A stretch of 64,000 nt of DNA, taken from the NCBI GenBank assembly GCA_963626345.1, contig CAVFXI010000017.1, forward strand, positions 14,149-78,148, in the 5' to 3' direction. Under the pieces are notes generated by a model, which was not told the DNA's origin, did no database searches, and saw nothing but the letters and a program-made list of their open reading frames with translations. This stretch comes from Gemmiger formicilis. Lineage in GTDB: Bacteria; Bacillota_I; Bacilli_A; RFN20; CAG-826. The position numbers were made by a program, and so were the translations under genes. Shown piece after piece: positions 55,666 to 64,000 of this stretch (position 1 is the stretch's first letter; each line of letters begins with the position of its first letter).

Positions 55666-58263
55666 ATGAAAGCAATCAACTTAAAGTGTTTAGGTTTAAT
55701 AAATCCTTTAGGAATTGACGAAAAACACCCAAGAATTACATGGAACATTGATTCTGGGCAACGTCAAATTGCTTTTGAAATTATTTACTCAATTAATGAC
55801 GGGATTAAAAGAACAAGCGGGAAAAAGATTTCTTCATCAATGTTTTATGTTTTTGAAGATAATTTTAATAGCAGAGATAGAGTTACTTATTCTATAAAAG
55901 TTTTTGATAGCAATAATTCAAGTGGAACTGAAAGTGAAAAAGCTTCTTTTGAGTTTGGCTTACTTCATAAAGAAGATTTTTTAGGGAAGTTTGTTTCTGG
56001 CGACTATAAAGTTAATAAAAAATATCGCTATCCTGTTAGCTGCTTTAGAAAGAAATTTCTTTTAAATACTTTCAAAAAAGCTCGATTATATATAACAAGT
56101 TTAGGAAATTATGATGTTACGATTAATAAAAGAAAAGTTACTGGTGAAGTTTTAACTCCTGGATATACAGACTATAAAAAAAGAGTTCAATATCAAACTT
56201 ATGATGTAACAGAATACGTAAAAATTGGCAATAATGAAATTGAAATTGAAGTTGCAGATGGTTATTTTAGAGGATCTGTTGGCGATATTGGAAAAGCTTA
56301 TGTTTATGGAAATGAAACTGCTATTTTCTTCCAATTAGAAGTTTTTGATGGTGAAAAAAGGGAAGTCATTGTTTCTGATGAAACTTTAGAGTTTTCTGAT
56401 GATGGTGAATATTTATTTGCAGATATTAAAGATGGGGAAATTATCGACGCAAGTCAAGAACCAAGTTATGGTGGGAAAGTAAAGGTTGTATCATATAAAA
56501 ACCATGTATGCTCATCAAATGGTGTATCAGTTATTAGACATGAGTCTTATATTCCTAAAATTTATAAAGTTGGTGAAAATCTTTATATGCTTGATTTTTC
56601 AAAGATTATAACTGGTTTTTTAAGTTTTAGATTTAATGGAATTGATGGCGATAATTTATTAATTAAATTAGGCATTTCATTGAATGAAAGAGGACAACTT
56701 GTTCAAAATGGGATTCAAAAAGTAAATTCAAAAAAATATAAACAAAATGATTTTATTTTTAAAGAAGGTTACGTTTTAAATTTAAAAGAAAATGATCTAA
56801 AGAAGACATCTCCTTTACAAATTATTAAATATAGAGCTAAAAATGGTGAGAATGTTTATGAAACTAAATTTTCTATATTTAGTTTCAGGTATGCACTTGT
56901 CGAAACTAAACTTGATATTTCTAAAATTGAGTTTTGTGGGATAGCTGTTTATAGCAATTTTAAAACAGTTGGAAGTTTCTCGTGCAACAACAAATTAATC
57001 AATAAATTTGTTGAAAATTCTTTGTCAACTATTAAGAATTTATCGCTTAGTATCCCAACTTTTTCTCCATTTTATGATAGAAGCGGAAATTTAGCGGAAA
57101 ATTTAATTTTATTTAATTCAGCAAGTTATTTAGTTGATTATTATCCTTTAAGCAAAAAGTATATTAGAGATATTTTTGACGCACAAAATAAATCGGGAGA
57201 TTTTGAAATTAAAGCACCAAAAGGTGATGTTTCAAAGAAAGAAAGAAAATTTAAGACATCATATGCATATAATGATGCTGGTATTTTATTGCCATATTAT
57301 TTTTATAAAAAATATGGAGATGAATCTTTGATTAGAGAATATTACGATAATATGGTTATTTTTGGTAATAATCTCATTAAAAAATGTAGTTTCCCAGCAA
57401 TATTACATAAAAATGCAAATATAAGTCCTTCAAATAGTAAGTATTTATTAAATAAAGGAATATCCATTGGTGATTTTGGAGAAACAAAGGATGCATATAA
57501 TCCTAAAAAGTTTGATTGGATTTTCCCAAAAGTTTATGAAAATACTTTATATGCGCATCTAGATTTTAAGGCTTTATCATTATTTTCTAGCTTATTAAGC
57601 AGACCTGAAGAAGCTAAATTTAATGAATATGAAAACGGAACATTAAAAGCATTTAATGAATTATTAGTTAAAAAAGAATATACGCTAGATACAAATAGGC
57701 AATCTAGATTAGTTGTTCCTTTAACTTTTAATTTGCTAAGTGAACAATATGATATGTTTGCAAAAGAAAAACTTGTAAAAATATATGAAGAAAATGGTCA
57801 TAAACTTAATACAGGGAATTTAAGTGCTCCATATTTTATATTTGCGTTATTTAAAGCTGACAAAGAATTAGCTTTTAGTGCTATTGAAAGTGAAAGAGCT
57901 GATAAATGGCTTTATTTATGTAAAGATAATTCAACTACTTTATTTGAAAATTCTTACAATGATGACATAAATTATATTTCAAAAATTACATTAGTTGATT
58001 TCTTATTTTCTAAAGTTGCAGGAATCAATATTAGTAAGGAAAATTGTTTTGAAATTAAGCCTAATTTTGGCGGAGGAATTATGTCAGTAAATTGCGAATA
58101 TAATTCTATTTATGGTCTGGTAAAAGTTAATTATAAAAGAGATGATAAAACATTTAATTTAAAAGTTGTAATTCCAGGCAATTGCGATGCAGTCGTAACT
58201 TTGCCAAGCGGGAAAGAAGTATTTTTGCATTCTGGAATTTATAACTTTAACGAATATTTATAA
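55666..58263 (+). CDS. alpha-L-rhamnosidase family (GH78-like) protein, no signal peptide
   Basis: 865 aa. The N-terminal LINPLGIDEKHPRITW matches the bacterial rhamnosidase N-domain pattern. Located in the rhamnose cluster. Confidence 0.8.
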   Translation: MKAINLKCLGLINPLGIDEKHPRITWNIDSGQRQIAFEIIYSINDGIKRTSGKKISSSMFYVFEDNFNSRDRVTYSIKVFDSNNSSGTESEKASFEFGLLHKEDFLGKFVSGDYKVNKKYRYPVSCFRKKFLLNTFKKARLYITSLGNYDVTINKRKVTGEVLTPGYTDYKKRVQYQTYDVTEYVKIGNNEIEIEVADGYFRGSVGDIGKAYVYGNETAIFFQLEVFDGEKREVIVSDETLEFSDDGEYLFADIKDGEIIDASQEPSYGGKVKVVSYKNHVCSSNGVSVIRHESYIPKIYKVGENLYMLDFSKIITGFLSFRFNGIDGDNLLIKLGISLNERGQLVQNGIQKVNSKKYKQNDFIFKEGYVLNLKENDLKKTSPLQIIKYRAKNGENVYETKFSIFSFRYALVETKLDISKIEFCGIAVYSNFKTVGSFSCNNKLINKFVENSLSTIKNLSLSIPTFSPFYDRSGNLAENLILFNSASYLVDYYPLSKKYIRDIFDAQNKSGDFEIKAPKGDVSKKERKFKTSYAYNDAGILLPYYFYKKYGDESLIREYYDNMVIFGNNLIKKCSFPAILHKNANISPSNSKYLLNKGISIGDFGETKDAYNPKKFDWIFPKVYENTLYAHLDFKALSLFSSLLSRPEEAKFNEYENGTLKAFNELLVKKEYTLDTNRQSRLVVPLTFNLLSEQYDMFAKEKLVKIYEENGHKLNTGNLSAPYFIFALFKADKELAFSAIESERADKWLYLCKDNSTTLFENSYNDDINYISKITLVDFLFSKVAGINISKENCFEIKPNFGGGIMSVNCEYNSIYGLVKVNYKRDDKTFNLKVVIPGNCDAVVTLPSGKEVFLHSGIYNFNEYL

Positions 58264-58277
58264 ATGGAGGTATCGTT

Positions 58278-59153
58278 ATGAAATCAAAAGTTTATTTTAC
58301 TAAAGAAATTACACCTGAATCATTAGTTAAACTCTATGAAATTTTAGGTGTTAAGTTAGAGGGAAAGGTTTGTGTTAAAGTCCATAGTGGCGAACCAGGG
58401 AATCAAAATTTTTTGCATCCTGAATTTTTTAAACCAATTGTTGATTTAGTCGATGGGACAATTTGCGAATGTAATACTGCTTATGATGGTGGGAGAAACA
58501 CTTCAGAAAAGCACATTGAGACGTTAAAAAATCATGGATGGAGCAAATATTTCAAGGTTGATCTTTTAGACAAAGAGGGACCAGATTATTGTTTTGATAT
58601 TGATGATGGAATTGTTATAAAAAAGAATTACGTTGGTAAAGATTTATTAAATTATGATTCTTTACTTGTATTAAGCCATTTTAAAGGTCATCCAATGGGT
58701 GGTTTTGGTGGAGCATTAAAACAACTTTCAATTGGTTGTGCTTCAAGTTATGGTAAAAAATATATTCATGGCGCAGGGAACACTGAAGGTAATTTTTGGG
58801 GAACAGAACAAGATAAATTCATTGAAGCTATGGCTGATGCTGCTAGTGTCGTTGCTAAACATTTTGCAAATAAAGCTGTTTATATCAATATTATGAAAAA
58901 TATGTCAGTAGATTGCGATTGTTGTGCTGTTGCGGAAGACCCATGTATGAAAGATATTGGAATTTTAATTTCGAATGATCCAATTGCAATTGATAAAGCT
59001 TGTGTCGATTTAGTTTATGCATCAAAAGATCCAGGAAGAGACCATCTTATTGAAAGAATTAAATCTAGACATGGTGAACATATTTTAGAAACTGCTGTAA
59101 AACATAATTTTGGTTCGTTAGATTATGAACTAATTAATGTTGATAACTTATAA
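58278..59153 (+). CDS. DUF362 domain-containing protein
   Basis: MKSKVYFT.., KVHSGEPGNQNFLHPEF and LSHFKGHPMGGFGGALKQLSIGC match the conserved DUF362 pattern as I remember it. Confidence 0.7.
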   Translation: MKSKVYFTKEITPESLVKLYEILGVKLEGKVCVKVHSGEPGNQNFLHPEFFKPIVDLVDGTICECNTAYDGGRNTSEKHIETLKNHGWSKYFKVDLLDKEGPDYCFDIDDGIVIKKNYVGKDLLNYDSLLVLSHFKGHPMGGFGGALKQLSIGCASSYGKKYIHGAGNTEGNFWGTEQDKFIEAMADAASVVAKHFANKAVYINIMKNMSVDCDCCAVAEDPCMKDIGILISNDPIAIDKACVDLVYASKDPGRDHLIERIKSRHGEHILETAVKHNFGSLDYELINVDNL

Positions 59154-59585
59154 ATTTTTCTTTAAATGGATATGTGGGTAATTTTCATCCAAAAATAATG
59201 GTTGATTTAAACTCATATATCCATTTTTAAAATAGAAACCTCTTTTATCGAATTGGGCATCTAAATATATTGTAGTGTAACCATTATTTTTGGCATATTT
59301 TTCTGCTTCATTTAATAATGCTGTTCCTAAATGCATTCCTCGATACTCTTTTAATATTGCAAACCTTCCAAGTTTTAATGAGTGTTCATCTTTTTTGATT
59401 AATCTTAATGTACCAATTGGTACATTATTTAAAAACATTAAGATATGAGTACAACTATTATCTAAATCATCAATGTCTACTATGTAGCATTGTTCTTTAA
59501 TGAATACAACTTCTCTAATTTTTTTGATTGATTCATTAATTTTATTAAAAAATTCAAATCTAATATTGTTTTCGTTCATATTCAT
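59148..59585 (-). CDS. GNAT-family N-acetyltransferase
   Basis: 145 aa with acetyl-CoA motif A-like (RFAILKEYRGMHLGTALL). It converges on the DUF362 gene with a 6-nt overlap. Confidence 0.8.
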   Translation of the reverse strand: MNMNENNIRFEFFNKINESIKKIREVVFIKEQCYIVDIDDLDNSCTHILMFLNNVPIGTLRLIKKDEHSLKLGRFAILKEYRGMHLGTALLNEAEKYAKNNGYTTIYLDAQFDKRGFYFKNGYMSLNQPLFLDENYPHIHLKKNL

Positions 59586-59714
59586 AAATATATGATATTT
59601 ATTTAACTATGTAAATTAAAAAGATTTGATTTAATCGGATTGATCTTATATATATGATATTAAAAAATACATGTTGATTTTTATTGAGTTTTTATATATC
59701 ATAATAAAGCGCGT

Positions 59715-59790
59715 GGATCATTGGTGTAGCGGTTAACATGTCACACTGTCACTGTGAAGATCACGGGTTCGATTCCCGTATGATCCGCCA
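59715..59790 (+). tRNA. tRNA-Asp (GTC)
   Basis: Folded by hand.
- Acceptor GGATCAT/ATGATCC.
- D stem GTGT/ACAT.
- Anticodon stem TCACA/TGTGA with loop CTGTCAC.
- T arm ACGGG-TTCGATT-CCCGT.
- G73 discriminator and encoded CCA. Confidence 0.9.
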
Positions 59791-59809
59791 TTTTTTTAAA
59801 AATTAGGCT

Positions 59810-59885
59810 GGCCCGGTAGCTCATCTGGTAGAGCAAAGGACTGAAAATCCTTGTGTAGCGGGTTCGACCCCCGCCTGGGCCACCA
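59810..59885 (+). tRNA. tRNA-Phe (GAA)
   Basis: - Acceptor GGCCCGG/CTGGGCC.
- Anticodon stem AAGGA/TCCTT with loop CTGAAAA.
- T arm GCGGG-TTCGACC-CCCGC.
- A73 discriminator and encoded CCA. Confidence 0.92.
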
Positions 59886-59895
59886 TAGAAAACTT

Positions 59896-59919
59896 CATCG
59901 ACGTTGTCGATGTTTTTTT
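59896..59919 (+). terminator. intrinsic terminator after the tRNA pair
   Basis: CATCGAC-GTT-GTCGATG followed by TTTTTTT. Confidence 0.7.
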
Positions 59920-59924
59920 ATACA

Positions 59925-59966
59925 AATAAAAGCGCCACTCAGTAAGGAATAAAAGGAGTGGCGCCC
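59925..59966 (-). terminator. intrinsic terminator of the EF-G-like gene
   Basis: GCGCCACTC-loop-GAGTGGCGC with a plus-strand A-run (a T-run on the minus strand), about 20 nt after the stop. Confidence 0.6.
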
Positions 59967-59985
59967 AAACATAATGTGAAAGGAA

Positions 59986-62046
59986 TTATTTCTTAAGTAA
60001 TGTATTTTCTTGAATTACCTTAGCAACCATGTGTTGAGGTACTTCTTGATATGAATCGAATTCACGGTTATAGAAGCCGGAACCTTTTGTTAAAACTCTT
60101 AATTTTGAAACATAATCTTGAATTTCTGCTTCAGGTACAAGAGCGGTAATTTCTTGAATACTTTCTGGTTTTTCATCAATCGAGAGAATTCTTGCTCTAC
60201 GTTGATTTAGATCATTTAAGATATTTCCGGTATATTCATTATTTACTTGAATATAAACTTTCATGATTGGTTCAAGAATAGTTGGATTACATTTTGCATA
60301 AGCTTCTTTAAATGAAATTTGAGCAGCCATCTTGAATGAAAGATCGTTACTATCGACGCTATGATATTTTCCATCAAGGAGGATACCTTTAACACCTAAA
60401 ACTGGGAATCCAGCAAGTTGTCCTGATTGTAGGCCTTCAAAGAAACCTTTTTCAACTGCAGGAATATAGTTCTTTGGAACTGATCCACCAAAAATTCTTT
60501 CTTCGAAACAATTTTCTTCAGTTGGTTCAAATCTCATAACAACAATGCCATAGAAACCTGATCCACCAGATTGTTTAACATATCTTCCTTCAGCTTCAGC
60601 GCTTCCTCTAATTGTTTCACGATAAACAATTTTTGGAGTAGACATTGTTAAATTAACTTTAAATAAATTTGAAATTCTTTCTTTAATGAAATTTAAGTAT
60701 GATTCACTTAAACCACCAATTAAAAGTTGTTTTGTTTCATTGTTACGTTTAACTTCTAAACATGGATTTTCAATTTGAAGTTTAGCAATGGCTTGCATTG
60801 TTTTATCTTCTTCTTTTGAATCAGCAAAAGTTAAAGCTCTAAAATAAACAGCGGTTGGGAATTTTGTAGGTTCCATAATAAATACATTTGCTTTATCACA
60901 AATTGTATCGGTTGTTTCGAGCTCTTCTAATTTTTGAATACCAGCAATATCGCCAGCTAAAACTTTATCAACAGGAGTGAAGTTGCCACCTTTAATAGAA
61001 ACTAAGTTATTAACTTTTACGGTTTCATTTAATCTTGGAATATAAACTTCATCACCCGAATGTAATTCGCCACTTAAAACTTTAATGACATTAACAACGC
61101 CTTTGAATGGATCAAAGTAAGTCTTAAAGACATAAGCGCTGAATGGTTCAGTAGTGGAAGTTGTTCTTTGAACTTCTTCGCCTTTTTCGTTTTTACCAAC
61201 ATATGGTTTTAAGTCGCAACTTGATGGTAAATAATCAACTAACATTTGTAACATTGTGTGTAAACCAATGCATTTAGTTGTGCAACCACAAAGAATTGGA
61301 GTTAATTGACCACTTAAAACACCTGAATGTAATCCTTTATGAATTTCATCCATTGTTAAAGTTTCGCCACCAAAGTATTTATCTAAATATTTATCATCGG
61401 TCAAAGCTACTTGTTCTTCAATTTTTGTATGAAGTTCAATAACTTTTGCTTTCTTATCTGGGTAGATTTCTTCATCAACACATTCTGTACCATTATATTT
61501 TCTTGCTTTCATTGTAATAACGTTGACGAATCCATCAAATTGATCTTGGTGACCCATTGGATAAACAAATGAAATTGGGCCATTTTTATCAAGCTTTTGA
61601 GAAATGTCTTCTAAGATTTCTTCGTAAACAATGTTTTCTTTATCCATTTTATTAACATAAATAATGGTTGGAATACCATGTTTTCTTAAAAGACGATAAT
61701 GTTTAACTGTTTCAACTTCTACTTTTTTACTTGCATCGATGCAAAGAATTGCACCTTTAGCGATATCCATGACACCTAATGCTTCATAAATGAAGTCGTC
61801 ATTTCCTGGGATATCAATTAAATTAAGTTTGTAATCTTTGTAATAAATTGGAACGATAGAAAGTTGACAAGAACTAAGTCTATTTTGTTCCTCTTTTGTG
61901 AAATCGCTGATTGTATCTTTATTTTCAACGGTTCCCTTCTTTAAGTTGGCGGTAATACTATGTAGTGTTTCGACTAACGTAGTCTTACCAGTACCCTGGT
62001 GTCCCAAAACGAGTATGTTTCGGATGTTCTCTGCAGAATATTCCAT
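59986..62046 (-). CDS. EF-G-family translational GTPase paralogue with a degenerate G domain
   Basis: 686 aa with a five-domain EF-G layout. G1 is GHQGTGKT, G3 is DIPGNDDF, G4 is NKMD. The domain IV tip YHSVDSNDLSFKMAAQISFKEA closely resembles EF-G. GGAGG RBS. Confidence 0.8.
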   Translation of the reverse strand: MEYSAENIRNILVLGHQGTGKTTLVETLHSITANLKKGTVENKDTISDFTKEEQNRLSSCQLSIVPIYYKDYKLNLIDIPGNDDFIYEALGVMDIAKGAILCIDASKKVEVETVKHYRLLRKHGIPTIIYVNKMDKENIVYEEILEDISQKLDKNGPISFVYPMGHQDQFDGFVNVITMKARKYNGTECVDEEIYPDKKAKVIELHTKIEEQVALTDDKYLDKYFGGETLTMDEIHKGLHSGVLSGQLTPILCGCTTKCIGLHTMLQMLVDYLPSSCDLKPYVGKNEKGEEVQRTTSTTEPFSAYVFKTYFDPFKGVVNVIKVLSGELHSGDEVYIPRLNETVKVNNLVSIKGGNFTPVDKVLAGDIAGIQKLEELETTDTICDKANVFIMEPTKFPTAVYFRALTFADSKEEDKTMQAIAKLQIENPCLEVKRNNETKQLLIGGLSESYLNFIKERISNLFKVNLTMSTPKIVYRETIRGSAEAEGRYVKQSGGSGFYGIVVMRFEPTEENCFEERIFGGSVPKNYIPAVEKGFFEGLQSGQLAGFPVLGVKGILLDGKYHSVDSNDLSFKMAAQISFKEAYAKCNPTILEPIMKVYIQVNNEYTGNILNDLNQRRARILSIDEKPESIQEITALVPEAEIQDYVSKLRVLTKGSGFYNREFDSYQEVPQHMVAKVIQENTLLKK

Positions 62047-62285
62047 ATTATCCTCCTTTATTATTCTTTCGAAATAATTATGTATTTCTTCTACGACACG
62101 ACTTATGTATATATTTTACAATAGAGATTTAAAAATAAAAATATAAATTTAAGAAATATTCGATTTAATGCAAGTTTTTAGTTTTGTGACATAAAAATCT
62201 ATTTTTAGTAGACAAAATAAAACTAGTTGATTCTTGTAAGCAATTTTCAAAATATTTAAAATATTTTTTAGGAGGTTTTTCTTGT

Positions 62286-62840
62286 ATGGCAAAAAAGAAA
62301 AATAAATTTAGTTTAGGCTTTATTGTTGCTTGCGTTGCTTGTTTATTAGCAATTGTTGGATTCTGTATGGTTTTCACCCAAGGATTTATCTATGCCGAGA
62401 ATGGTGGAAGCATGCTTGGAATTTCCGTATCTGGCAAGGTAAGTTATCCAGGATTAGGTGTAGTTTTTGGTGGCACTCATAATGTCAGTGTTACTGCATC
62501 ATCAAGCATTACTGGAAGTTCAACAACATCATCATCTGTAGATTTTGCTTTCAACTTTGTTGGATGTTTTGCATTTGTTTTAGCATTACTTGGTGGCGTT
62601 GCTGGTCTTTTTGGACCAAAAAACAAATATGTTGCATTATGTGCTGTTGTTCTTGCTTTAGTTGGAACTGTTATGGTTTTCTTTACTGTTAGTGGTTATG
62701 CTGCTGCAAATTCAACTGATAATATTAAACTTGATCCAAATAGTTATAAATGGGGAGCAGGTTTAATTATTGCTATTATTTGTTTCTGTGTTGAGACTTT
62801 AGGTCTTTGCTACAACGCATTTAAAGCTTTAAAGAAATAA
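62286..62840 (+). CDS. hypothetical integral membrane protein
   Basis: 184 aa with AGGAGG RBS. Four predicted TM helices and a Ser/Thr-rich loop (VTASSSITGSSTTSSS). No recognisable family. Confidence 0.5.
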   Translation: MAKKKNKFSLGFIVACVACLLAIVGFCMVFTQGFIYAENGGSMLGISVSGKVSYPGLGVVFGGTHNVSVTASSSITGSSTTSSSVDFAFNFVGCFAFVLALLGGVAGLFGPKNKYVALCAVVLALVGTVMVFFTVSGYAAANSTDNIKLDPNSYKWGAGLIIAIICFCVETLGLCYNAFKALKK

Positions 62841-62923
62841 GATTATATCGAATAAAAATCATACACGACTATAAAATAGTCATATTTGAAATATTGTAAA
62901 ATAAAAGCAATTAGGTACTAAAC

Positions 62924-64000
62924 TTAATTGCTTTTTTCTTTCTTGGATTTTATTTTATATAGCAAATTAAGAGATATAGTTTTTGTATCGCTTGCTATTT
63001 TCTTTCCTGCATAGATAAATGTGAATATTTCAAGTCTACCAATAAACATAGCAATAGTTATTAATATAACCAAGAAATTGTTATCCATATATTCTATTCC
63101 TGAACTAATTCCTGCATTACTTAAAGCAGTTGAAGTTTCAAACATAACATACATAAAGTTATATTGACCATTTGTTACCATCGCAAAAATTATTGAAAGT
63201 AAAAAGAACAATAACATATATAAAATGCCATATGTGCATGAGTCGGTAATCTCTTTTTGTGAAATTGCACGGTCTTGCCCATATTTATAAATGTAGTGAG
63301 GATAAATAATATTTTGTGCAGAATATTTTTCTTTTAACGACCAGTGAATTGATTTTGCGATGACGCCAATACGGTACATTTTGATGCCACCGGCTGTAGA
63401 TCCTTGTTGACCGCCAAAGCACATAACTAATGTAAGTAAGAAAATTGCTGGAGCACTAAAAGTATCATTTAATGATGGTGCATTGCTGAAACCTGTTGTT
63501 GTCACAGATGAAATATAGAAGAACACATCATATCTTAAACTTTCCACGAATGACAATTTGTTATTTGTAATACTTGGAACAATACTTGTAATAATTATTA
63601 ATAATGGAATAAAAACTAAGGCAGTGTAGATGGTGGTTGTCATGTCCAAATCTTTGAATGCTTTCTTGAATTTGAAAGTAAATAGCAAGAACATAACAAA
63701 GAAATTTGTCGCACTTAAAACCATTAAAACTTCAACAACAATTTCGATTGCTAAATTATTATAAGCATAAATACTCATATCTCTTGTTGAAAATCCGGCA
63801 CTTGAAACACTAGACATAGTAGTGCAAAGAGCTTCAAAGTATGAAGCATATTCTGGATCATTTTCACAACCTTGAGGACGATCAATTTTTGTCCATTCAT
63901 TCATGCCACTAAGCCAAAGAACAATGCTTCCTACAATAGTTAGAGCAATATAAATTCCAAAAATTAATTTAGCAGATTTATATAAATTTGGTAAAAGTCT
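62924..64000 (-). CDS. TrkH/KtrB-family potassium transporter subunit (5' part lies beyond the window end)
   Basis: Polytopic protein with a selectivity-filter-like GGQQGSTAGGIKMYR. I checked that the frame stays open from 63904 to position 64000 (..LTIVGSIVLWLSGMNEW..), so the true start is outside the window. Confidence 0.75.
   Translation of the reverse strand, partial: RLLPNLYKSAKLIFGIYIALTIVGSIVLWLSGMNEWTKIDRPQGCENDPEYASYFEALCTTMSSVSSAGFSTRDMSIYAYNNLAIEIVVEVLMVLSATNFFVMFLLFTFKFKKAFKDLDMTTTIYTALVFIPLLIIITSIVPSITNNKLSFVESLRYDVFFYISSVTTTGFSNAPSLNDTFSAPAIFLLTLVMCFGGQQGSTAGGIKMYRIGVIAKSIHWSLKEKYSAQNIIYPHYIYKYGQDRAISQKEITDSCTYGILYMLLFFLLSIIFAMVTNGQYNFMYVMFETSTALSNAGISSGIEYMDNNFLVILITIAMFIGRLEIFTFIYAGKKIASDTKTISLNLLYKIKSKKEKSN

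Noticed and set aside
59986-62046. Tet(M)/Tet(O)-type ribosomal protection protein.
   Set aside because: - Its length (686 aa) and domain IV tip sequence are EF-G-like rather than Tet(M)-like.
- Tet(M)/Tet(O) retain the canonical AHVDAGKTT and DTPGH motifs, which are degenerate here.
- There is no mobile-element context.
62165-62377. 70-aa minus-strand ORF upstream of the EF-G-like gene.
   Set aside because: It overlaps the start and RBS region of the plus-strand membrane protein gene, lacks an RBS, and lies upstream of the EF-G-like promoter region. It is most likely a chance ORF.
1-64000. Alternative genetic code (TGA read as Trp, as in Mycoplasma or Spiroplasma), given the very low GC content.
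   Set aside because: All long ORFs are intact under the standard code. TGA is used as a stop: the rhaB TGA at 53468-53470 overlaps the rhaA ATG.
1-64000. CRISPR arrays, IS elements, prophage or integrative-element boundaries, with particular attention to the tRNA-Asp/tRNA-Phe pair at 59715-59885.
   Set aside because: - I found no regularly spaced direct repeats.
- I found no transposase, integrase or recombinase-like ORF.
- I found no duplicated tRNA 3' end.
- The genes flanking the tRNAs are a GNAT acetyltransferase and an EF-G paralogue, each with ordinary terminators.

Overview
This is a strongly AT-rich chromosomal segment from a low-GC Bacillota-type organism. EzrA, GlgCDA, T-box and purine riboswitch leaders, and CsoR/CopA/CopZ are all present. 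The standard code is in use: TGA acts as a stop (the rhaB TGA overlaps the rhaA ATG), and no long ORF is broken by TGA. About 60 genes are densely packed and almost all are recognisable housekeeping or metabolic functions:
- Translation: leuS, tyrS, rpsD, rpmB, tRNA-Asp, tRNA-Phe, trmB, thiI.
- Carbon and nitrogen: glycogen synthesis (glgCDA), type III glutamine synthetase, and a rhamnose utilisation cluster (DeoR regulator, rhaBAD, GH78 rhamnosidase, DUF362).
- Purine salvage: a riboswitch-controlled BMP/ABC nucleoside transporter, hpt and apt.
- Metals: copper (csoR-copA, copZ-like) and iron (feoAAB, DtxR-like regulator) homeostasis.
- Lipid genes: plsC and a DagK-like kinase.

I saw no transposase, integrase, phage gene or CRISPR array.

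The stand-out feature is a translationally coupled three-gene operon at 6708-12178. Its sizes, order and motifs match the kleisin-like/KITE-like/SMC-ATPase trio of MksFEB condensins and JetABC (Wadjet). There is no JetD/MksG Toprim nuclease gene. The operon sits between rpmB and glgC and appears to read straight through into glgC.

Secondary oddities:
- An EF-G paralogue whose catalytic His and switch I are degenerate.
- An MntR/DtxR-like repressor fused in frame to a nitroreductase-like domain, next to a thrice-repeated operator-like motif.
- A short-looped guanine-type riboswitch.
- An Apt with a C-terminal extension.
- A Sel1-repeat protein with unassignable terminal domains.

All functional calls come from reading motifs by eye. 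No database search was possible.
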